Of a DNA stretch of 39,990 nucleotides, positions 33,581 through 39,990 are shown one piece after another. Source of the stretch: an uncultured Gammaproteobacteria bacterium (GTDB lineage Bacteria > Patescibacteriota > Microgenomatia > Levybacterales > UBA12049); the NCBI GenBank assembly GCA_964408825.1, contig CAYPAU010000005.1, positions 1 through 39,990 on the forward strand, read 5' to 3'. The number at the start of each line of letters is the position of its first letter. Position 1 is the first letter of the stretch. A program made the translations under genes and the position numbers. The notes beneath the pieces were generated by a model. It saw only the letters and a list, made by a program, of their open reading frames with translations. It had not been told where the DNA came from and ran no database searches.

Positions 33581-33670
33581 GCAGACCCGGCAAAAATTGA
33601 AGCATGAGCCGTGTATGAATAATACTGAAAAGGCGAATGCTGAATTAGACGGGTTAAGGAATTTTAGAAC

Positions 33671-34339
33671 ATGAGATCTTTCATTTTGGCTTCAAAAGAC
33701 ATTAATAGAGGGCTTGAGTACGTCTTTGAAATTTTTCAAAAAAAAATCGACAAACTGGATATAACGGTAGAATCTTTTGAAAAATCTGTCGGGATAGAAG
33801 ACGTAAGGAATTTGCAAAAAAAATTGTTTTACAAACCCTTACGGGGAGACACTAAGGTTTTTGCAATAAATGCCGAAAATGGGATAACAATTGAGTCCCA
33901 AAATGCTCTTCTTAAAATTCTTGAGGAACCACCACTTAGCACATTCATGTTTCTTATAGTTAAAAATACCAATATTCTACTGCCGACTATTTTATCAAGA
34001 TGTAAGATTATTAAACTGGGGGGAGAAAAAGATGACATTTCAGAAAAAGAAATTTCCGAATTTGAAAAACTTATCGGAAAATTGTCCTCAAGGGATATAA
34101 ATTTCAAGCTAAAACTTGCTCAAGATCGGGGAGAAGATAGGGAGGAAGCAATCCTTTGGTTTGAGAAAGCAATTTTTGCTGCAAGAAAGATACTGTTTAA
34201 TAAACTGAATTCTCAAAGTACTGAAGACTTAGAGAAAACATTAAAAATAATAAAGAAACTTGAGGAAGGTCACTATTTTACCCAAAACACCAATGTTAAC
34301 CCACGCTTCATCCTTGAAAATACTCTTTTATCAATTTGA
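33671..34339 (+). CDS. holB: DNA polymerase III delta-prime-like subunit, truncated form
   Basis: Motifs NALLKILEEPP and LPTILSRC. It is 222 aa and has no N-terminal P-loop segment. Confidence 0.72.
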   Translation: MRSFILASKDINRGLEYVFEIFQKKIDKLDITVESFEKSVGIEDVRNLQKKLFYKPLRGDTKVFAINAENGITIESQNALLKILEEPPLSTFMFLIVKNTNILLPTILSRCKIIKLGGEKDDISEKEISEFEKLIGKLSSRDINFKLKLAQDRGEDREEAILWFEKAIFAARKILFNKLNSQSTEDLEKTLKIIKKLEEGHYFTQNTNVNPRFILENTLLSI

Positions 34340-34399
34340 AATTTCTCGCTTTAAGCTTCGTTTTTTGCTAAAATTAGAGGATTAAATCTTCCAAACTAC

Positions 34400-35662
34400 A
34401 TGCTTTCTGAATTTAAAAAATTCTTTTATTTTCCGGTCTCATACTATTTTCGATTTTTTGCCAAGATAAGACTCTTCCTTTGGAACCCTTATGTAATAGT
34501 AGCAACAGGTTCAAGCGGAAAAACCTCGCTTCTTCATTTACTTCAGTCTCAAATAGGGGATAGGGCAAAATATTCGCATCTTGCCAATAGTACCTATGGA
34601 ATTCCTTTTGATATTTTGGGGTTAAAACGAGAAAATTTGGAAATGTTTGAATGGATAGGCTTGGTAATAAAAACTCCTTTTGCTATCTTCCTACCGATTC
34701 CTAAGCAAAAGATTTATATTGCTGAGGCGGATTGTGACAGGCCCGGAGAAGGAAAGTATTTAGCCACTCTATTAAAACCCAATATAACTTTATGGCTTGG
34801 CACAGGAAAGACCCATACGGTAAACTTTGACAAACAAGTTACAAACGGAAAGGCTGCAACTTCAGAGGATGCAGTCGCATATGAATTCGGATATTTTTTA
34901 GAATATACAAAGGATTTCTCGGTTGTTAATGCAGATTCTAAATTAGTAGAAATGCAGTTTACAAGAACAAAAGCTCAGATAGAAAAGGTGACACTAAAAA
35001 AACTTGATGATTATAAGGTTTACAAAGACAGGACTATTTTTAAAGCAAGCGGGAAAGTTTATGAATTCAAAAGACTTTTGCCCAGAGAATTTTTCTATGC
35101 TCTTTCGATGACACTTTTGATACTTGAGAAGCTGAAGATTAAACCGGATTTATCTTTCAAAAATTTTTCCCTACCCCCCGGGAGAAGCAATATACTCTCC
35201 GGAGTTAAAAATACCACTATTATAGACAGCACTTACAACGCCACTCCGGACGGAGTTTCCTCGGTTCTTAATATGTTCGCCAAATATCCTTCGGGGAGTA
35301 AATGGTTGGTCTTAGGTGATATGATAGAGCTTGGTCAGGAAGAGGGCATTGAGCATGAAAAACTTGCTGAAGAAATCGCTAAAGTAAAGGCTCAAAAAGT
35401 TATTCTGGTCGGCCCACGGCTTTCTAAGTTTACTTATTCTAAACTTATTACACTAAAAATCAATGCCGAAAAATTTACAATACCCAAGGATGCCCTTCTA
35501 TACATAGTAAAAAATCTAAGAGGCGGAGAAACGGTTTTATTTAAAGGTGCAGGATTCCTTGAGGGAATAATTGAACAATTATTGCTAACTAAAAAAGACA
35601 TTGCAAAACTTCCAAGACGCGAAAAGGTCTGGGAGTCGCGAAGAAAAAAATTCGGCTTATAA
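34400..35662 (+). CDS. murF: Mur ligase family protein, MurF-like (UDP-MurNAc-tripeptide D-Ala-D-Ala ligase) lacking the usual N-terminal domain
   Basis: P-loop ATGSSGKTS, DSTYNATPDGV (compare DxYNANP), and LGDMIELG. Confidence 0.65.
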   Translation: MLSEFKKFFYFPVSYYFRFFAKIRLFLWNPYVIVATGSSGKTSLLHLLQSQIGDRAKYSHLANSTYGIPFDILGLKRENLEMFEWIGLVIKTPFAIFLPIPKQKIYIAEADCDRPGEGKYLATLLKPNITLWLGTGKTHTVNFDKQVTNGKAATSEDAVAYEFGYFLEYTKDFSVVNADSKLVEMQFTRTKAQIEKVTLKKLDDYKVYKDRTIFKASGKVYEFKRLLPREFFYALSMTLLILEKLKIKPDLSFKNFSLPPGRSNILSGVKNTTIIDSTYNATPDGVSSVLNMFAKYPSGSKWLVLGDMIELGQEEGIEHEKLAEEIAKVKAQKVILVGPRLSKFTYSKLITLKINAEKFTIPKDALLYIVKNLRGGETVLFKGAGFLEGIIEQLLLTKKDIAKLPRREKVWESRRKKFGL

Positions 35663-35664
35663 GA

Positions 35665-36420
35665 ATGGGGAATGATAAATTGAAAATGGAAAATCAAAAA
35701 CCGAATGTTTTTGTCCTGCATGGCTGGAGTTATTCTGTTGATCAATGGAAGCCTTTCATATCTGCTCTAAAAAAAATAAAATTAAAACCTGTCCTTCTTA
35801 AAATCCCCGGCTTAACAGATGAGATAAGAAATCCATGGGCGCTTGATAATTATATAGACTGGCTTTTTGATGAAGTCAAAGATGAAGGAAAAATAATATT
35901 AATAGGCCATTCAAACGGAGGACGAATTGCCATGGCTTTTGCTTTAAAATACCAGGATAAAGTTTCAAAGCTGATTTTAATTGACAGCGCCGGAATTTAC
36001 CACGATGATATTATCATAAAAATTAAAAGATTGATCTTTAGATCTATTGCGAAAACAGGAAAAAAAATTATCCCTTCGCAAGCTACCAGAAACTTTTTGT
36101 ATTTCCTAACAGGAGAGAGTGATTATAAAAACGCAAATGAAATTATGCGAGAAACTATGATAAATCTAATTGAGGCAGATAAAACTTTGGGAATAGAAAA
36201 AATACTCGCTCCTACTATTATAATATGGGGGGAAAATGACAGAGTAACTCCGCTTTCAGATGCAAGACTATTAAACAAAGGAATAGTCAATAGTAAATTA
36301 TTTGTAGTTAATAATGCCCGACACTCTCCACAGTTTACCCATCCACATGAAGTCGTAAAAATCATTTTTAACAACCTGCCTGCCGCCCGCCTGCCGGACG
36401 GGCAGGGCAGACAGGTTTAA
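35665..36420 (+). CDS. Alpha/beta hydrolase
   Basis: Nucleophile GHSNGG, WGENDRVTP, and His in ARHSPQ. The last 13 or so codons are encoded by a GC-rich hairpin element. Confidence 0.75.
   Translation: MGNDKLKMENQKPNVFVLHGWSYSVDQWKPFISALKKIKLKPVLLKIPGLTDEIRNPWALDNYIDWLFDEVKDEGKIILIGHSNGGRIAMAFALKYQDKVSKLILIDSAGIYHDDIIIKIKRLIFRSIAKTGKKIIPSQATRNFLYFLTGESDYKNANEIMRETMINLIEADKTLGIEKILAPTIIIWGENDRVTPLSDARLLNKGIVNSKLFVVNNARHSPQFTHPHEVVKIIFNNLPAARLPDGQGRQV
36374..36418 (+). repeat. GC-rich imperfect palindrome (CCTGCC...GGCAGG family) plus T-run at the 3' end of the hydrolase gene
   Basis: AACCTGCCTGCCGCCCGCCTGCCGGACGGGCAGGGCAGACAGGTTT. It shares its core with the hairpins at 4271 and 4678. Confidence 0.7.
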
Positions 36421-36430
36421 CAATTTTATT

Positions 36431-37621
36431 ATGTCTATTTTTAATTCACTCGGTTCAAACTATGATTTTAAATTTGTTTTAAAGACACTGCTTTCTGTTG
36501 GGGGAGAATCGGAAAAGCGAAAACTAAAAGAAACTCTGAGAAGAAAATATAAGGGGGAAGTATTATTGTTCTATAAGGGTAGAGAAGCTCTAACTTTTGC
36601 TCTAAAGTCTTTGTCTCTTCCGGAAGAATCGAAGACTGCCATTAACGGATTTACGTGTTATGCAGTTTATAAAGCCGTTGAGGAAGCCGGTCTAAAACCA
36701 GTCTTACTTGACATCGACGACAGCCTGAATTTTTCTCCGGAAAAACTTAAAAGTATCATAGAATCTTCGGATATCAAGGTTGTCATCGTACAAAATACGC
36801 TGGGGTACATATGTGAAATAAAAGAAATTGCAAAAATTTGTAAAAAAAATAATATTATTCTTATTGAAGATTTGGCTCATTGTGTTGGGACAAATTACGA
36901 AAACGGAGAAGAAGCGGGGACAGTTGGCGATTTCGTAGTGTTTTCTTTCAGCCAAGACAAAATGGTTGACGGAATATCGGGTGGAGCATTAATTGCAAAA
37001 ATTCAAAATTCAAAATTCAAAATTCAAAATTATTCCTACCCACAGTTTTCAGTACAGATCAAGAATCGGCTTTATCCGCTACTTACATTTATAATTCGGT
37101 CAGCTTACGATTTTGGTTTGGGTAAATTACTCCACTACTTTTTGAAAAAATCGAACATGCTTTCAACACCCATGGACGATTCGTTATATGGAACGCTAAA
37201 TCTTTCAGACTTCTATCAATCACTAGTAATGGAATCTTTTAATAATCTTAAAGGAGACTTGGAACATCGGAAAAAGATCGCAAAAATTTATAAAAATAAT
37301 CTGCCCTCTAAAATATTATTTGAAAAAATTACTTCTCAAATAGAAAATTCCTCAAATCTTCGTTTTCCAATTTTTGTAGAAAACCGAGACAAGCTGTTAA
37401 AATTCTTAAAAAGTAAAGGTTTTTATATTTCGGACATCTGGTATGATGCGCCAATTTCTCCAAAAAGATTTATGCAAAAAATTGAATATGCAGGAGATTG
37501 TCCCAATGCTGAGGAGATTTCTGAAAGAATTTTAAACTTACCGACACACAAAAACATTTCGGAAAAACAAGCGTTAAAATTGGCAAAATATATAAATAAT
37601 TTCTTAATTCATAATTCTTAA
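36431..37621 (+). CDS. DegT/DnrJ/EryC1/StrS-family PLP aminotransferase (amino-sugar biosynthesis)
   Basis: Family layout with the PLP lysine context FSFSQDK. It contains an in-frame heptamer-repeat insert. Confidence 0.85.
   Translation: MSIFNSLGSNYDFKFVLKTLLSVGGESEKRKLKETLRRKYKGEVLLFYKGREALTFALKSLSLPEESKTAINGFTCYAVYKAVEEAGLKPVLLDIDDSLNFSPEKLKSIIESSDIKVVIVQNTLGYICEIKEIAKICKKNNIILIEDLAHCVGTNYENGEEAGTVGDFVVFSFSQDKMVDGISGGALIAKIQNSKFKIQNYSYPQFSVQIKNRLYPLLTFIIRSAYDFGLGKLLHYFLKKSNMLSTPMDDSLYGTLNLSDFYQSLVMESFNNLKGDLEHRKKIAKIYKNNLPSKILFEKITSQIENSSNLRFPIFVENRDKLLKFLKSKGFYISDIWYDAPISPKRFMQKIEYAGDCPNAEEISERILNLPTHKNISEKQALKLAKYINNFLIHNS
36998..37032. repeat. Heptamer array (AAAATTC x5) in frame inside the aminotransferase gene
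   Basis: It encodes KIQNSKFKIQN immediately after GGALIA. Confidence 0.9.
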
Positions 37622-37631
37622 TTCATGATTC
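37601..37631. repeat. Heptamer array ttcttaa ttcataa ttcttaa ttcatga spanning the DegT stop and the FemAB start
   Basis: Stop TAA at 37619-37621 and ATG at 37625 are both embedded in the array. Confidence 0.85.
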
Positions 37632-38638
37632 AACCAAAAGAAATAAGTAGTAAAACCGAGTGGGAAAACTTTTTAGCAAATCACGAGGAGGCAAATTTTC
37701 TTCAGTCATGGTATTGGGGAGAATTCCATAAAAATCTTGGTCAAGAGATTATAAGAACCGGGTTTTACAAAAATAATAAATTAAAAGGGGTCATGCTTTC
37801 AATTGTCGAAAAAGCCAAAAGAGGAAGGCATCTAATAGTTCCAGGAGGACCCATCATTGATTGGGAAGATAAAAAAATAGTCGAAAGCTTCTGTAAAGAA
37901 ATAAAAAAAATTGCATATATTTACGATTGTGCTTTTATAAGAGTAAGACCCCAGCTTGAATCATCCGATTTTTCAAAAAATCTGTTTAAAAACTGCGGAT
38001 TCATAAACGCCCCCATGCATCTTCATGCACAGCTCACATCTCAACTTGAGATTACAAAATCTGAGGAAGAGTTGCTTTCCAATATGAGAAAGACGACTCG
38101 TTATGAAATAAAAAAGGCAGAGAAAGAAGGGGTTAAAATAATCTCTTCGAAAGATCCGAAAGACATACAAGGGTTTTATGATCTTCAAATACAGACTTCG
38201 CTTCGCCAAAGATTTATCCCTTTTCCTTATGAATATTTACATGAACAGTTTAAAGTTTTGGCAGAGAATAATCTTGCACTTTTATACAATGCTCTTTTTG
38301 AAAAAAAACTCTTAGCTCAAGCTTTTATAATATTTTATGGCAGTGAAGCAGTTTATCATTACGGTGCAAGTACTGATGAAGGAAGAAATCATCCGGGAGC
38401 ATATCTAATACAATGGGAGGCGATAAGGGAAGCAAAAAAAAGAGGTCTTAAAAGATACAATCTTTGGGGTATTGCTAATGACCCAAAGCACAGATTTTAC
38501 AGTTTATCAATATTTAAGCGGGGATTTGGTGGGCAGGACGTTGAATATCTTCAAGCACAGGATCTCGTAATAAATTATCCAAGATATTTAATAAATCTTT
38601 CCATAGAACGTCTCAGAAAAATCCGCAGAAGAGTCTAG
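37625..38638 (+). CDS. FemAB-family peptidoglycan interpeptide-bridge aminoacyltransferase
   Basis: FLQSWYWGEF and YHYGASTDEGRNHPGAYLIQWEAIREAKKRGLKRYNLWGI. Confidence 0.85.
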   Translation: MIQPKEISSKTEWENFLANHEEANFLQSWYWGEFHKNLGQEIIRTGFYKNNKLKGVMLSIVEKAKRGRHLIVPGGPIIDWEDKKIVESFCKEIKKIAYIYDCAFIRVRPQLESSDFSKNLFKNCGFINAPMHLHAQLTSQLEITKSEEELLSNMRKTTRYEIKKAEKEGVKIISSKDPKDIQGFYDLQIQTSLRQRFIPFPYEYLHEQFKVLAENNLALLYNALFEKKLLAQAFIIFYGSEAVYHYGASTDEGRNHPGAYLIQWEAIREAKKRGLKRYNLWGIANDPKHRFYSLSIFKRGFGGQDVEYLQAQDLVINYPRYLINLSIERLRKIRRRV

Positions 38639-38690
38639 ATTTCTAAAAATCTCAGTTCTATTTCCTATGGAAGTTTAGCCCGAATTTTTG

Positions 38691-38696
38691 TATAAT
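38691..38696 (+). promoter_or_regulatory. -10 box TATAAT, 6 nt before gyrB ATG 38703
   Basis: tttTTGTATAATtaaactATG. No SD present. Confidence 0.5.
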
Positions 38697-38702
38697 TAAA
38701 CT

Positions 38703-39990
38703 ATGCCAAAAAGCTTTAATAAACCTCAGAAATCATCTTCTGATTATTCTGCGAAAACCATACAAGTTTTAGAAGGACTAGAGCCTGTACGCAAAAGGCC
38801 GGGGATGTATATCGGCTCAACCGATGTTGCTGGTCTTCACGAAACGCTCAGGGAGATAATTGATAATGCTGTTGATGAAGCTTTAGCAGGTCACGCCAAA
38901 AATGTCTGGATAAGCCTTAACTCCGACGGTTCGGCGACGGTCATAGATGACGGAAGAGGAATCCCCGTTGACATAATGCCGCAATACAAAAAATCCGCGC
39001 TTGAGATAGTCATGACCAAGCTTCATGCGGGAGGAAAATTCGGGGGATCCGCTTACAAAATATCAGGAGGTCTTCATGGAGTAGGTTCCTCGGTCGTAAA
39101 CGCATTGTCAAAATGGATGTGGGTTGAGGTAAAAAGAAACGGAAAAATCTTCAGACAAGAATATCAGAAGGGTTTTCCAAAAACCAAAGTTGAAGCTGTT
39201 CCAAAAACCAAAATAGAATTCAACAATTTTAGAGATGAAAGGAAAATGGGCACGGCGGTGACTTTTCTTCCGGATGGCGATGTCTTCCCAGAAACCCAGT
39301 TTGACTTCGATATGGTGAAAAAAGCCATAAGGGAAAGGGCCTATCTTGTACCAAGTCTATATTTTCATCTTTATGACTCAAGAAGCGAAAAGCAGAACGA
39401 GGTTCATTATTATTTTGAAGGCGGAATTACCTCCCTTGTAGCAAGACTTAATGACAACAAAGATCCACTTCACAAAGTAATTTTTATTCAAAAACAAGAA
39501 GGGGAAGTTGAGGTTGAGGTAGCTCTTCAATACAATAACGGCTATTCGGAAAATGTCGAAAGTTACGTAAATGTAATAAACACAGTAAATGGGGGAACGC
39601 ACCTAACGGGGTTTAGAATGGCTTCAACCCGAGCAATAAATGATTACGGCAAAAAGATCGGAAGTTTTAAAAACGAAGAGGAGGGAATCTTAGGAGATGA
39701 TACAAGAGAAGGCTTAACCGCTGTTGTTTTTGTAAAAATGCCTCAGGATAAGATTCAGTTTGAGGGACAAACAAAAGGAAAACTTGGAAACGCGGAAATC
39801 CAGCCTCTGGTTGCGCAGATTGTAAAAGAAGGGCTCTCAACTTATTTTGAGGAAAATCCCAGTGACGGCAGGAAAATTCTTGAAAAAGTGTACTTGGCTG
39901 CCAAAGCCCGTTTGGCGGCAAAAGCGGCAAAGGAAGCGATCCTTAGAAAAGGGGCTCTTGAGGGCTCGTCTCTTCCCGGAAAACTTGCGG
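38703..39990 (+). CDS. gyrB: DNA gyrase subunit B (3' end beyond the window)
   Basis: My own translation gives MPKSFNKPQKSSSDYSAKTIQVLEGLEPVRKRPGMYIGSTD...HEMLREIIDNAVDEA-type GHKL motifs. There is no stop before the window end, so it is absent from the ORF track. Confidence 0.95.
   Translation, partial: MPKSFNKPQKSSSDYSAKTIQVLEGLEPVRKRPGMYIGSTDVAGLHETLREIIDNAVDEALAGHAKNVWISLNSDGSATVIDDGRGIPVDIMPQYKKSALEIVMTKLHAGGKFGGSAYKISGGLHGVGSSVVNALSKWMWVEVKRNGKIFRQEYQKGFPKTKVEAVPKTKIEFNNFRDERKMGTAVTFLPDGDVFPETQFDFDMVKKAIRERAYLVPSLYFHLYDSRSEKQNEVHYYFEGGITSLVARLNDNKDPLHKVIFIQKQEGEVEVEVALQYNNGYSENVESYVNVINTVNGGTHLTGFRMASTRAINDYGKKIGSFKNEEEGILGDDTREGLTAVVFVKMPQDKIQFEGQTKGKLGNAEIQPLVAQIVKEGLSTYFEENPSDGRKILEKVYLAAKARLAAKAAKEAILRKGALEGSSLPGKLA

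Noticed and set aside
25704-37631. The short tandem arrays as CRISPR or minisatellite-type mobile elements.
   Set aside because: Units are 7-8 nt with no spacers, terminal inverted repeats or transposase. They are treated as simple-sequence repeats.
1-39990. An alternative genetic code (UGA recoding, as in some candidate phyla).
   Set aside because: TGA terminates conserved proteins at their expected C-termini (rpmI, pheT, purH, pilT, tig), and no in-frame TGA interrupts conserved genes.

Overview
AT-rich, gene-dense 40-kb window with standard stop-codon usage; TGA terminates conserved genes. It looks like a reduced-genome bacterium of the Candidate Phyla Radiation / Microgenomates type. That placement is inference only, from domain-minimised housekeeping proteins, a secretin-less type IV pilus locus, Pro/Thr linkers and FemAB/DegT/Mur cell-wall genes. 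Plus-strand housekeeping blocks: short trigger factor, tRNA-Val(GAC), thrS-infC-rpmI-rplT-pheS-pheT in E. coli-like order, an alpha/beta hydrolase, tyrS, purD-purH, recG, an HD phosphohydrolase, rpmF-nusB-rnc, rpsP-KH-trmD, holB-like, murF-like, a second hydrolase, a DegT aminotransferase, a FemAB-family protein, and gyrB (3' partial). Minus strand: a class A PBP (8584-10941) and a 12.3-kb type IV pilus cluster (21199-33516): pilB-pilT-pilC-major pilin-pilD-four more pilin genes-463-aa modular pilin-PilX-like-pilMNO. No rRNA, CRISPR array, integrase or transposase was seen. Four things are not explained by ordinary annotation. (1) A family of 7-8-nt tandem repeats sits in intergenic spacers, at the 5' ends of pilin ORFs, and in frame inside pilD (twice), the DegT gene and, as flanking words, recG. 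(2) recG carries a 2 x 37-nt GC-rich hairpin repeat read in two different frames. (3) At least 12 genes have a (TGn)TAnnnT -10 box exactly 6-7 nt before the ATG, implying leaderless mRNAs. (4) A promoter, a 17-codon mini-ORF and a double hairpin (GGAGG x3 / CCTCC x2) precede an SD-led orphan gene, and this promoter shares a box with the major pilin promoter. Novelty cannot be established without database searches.
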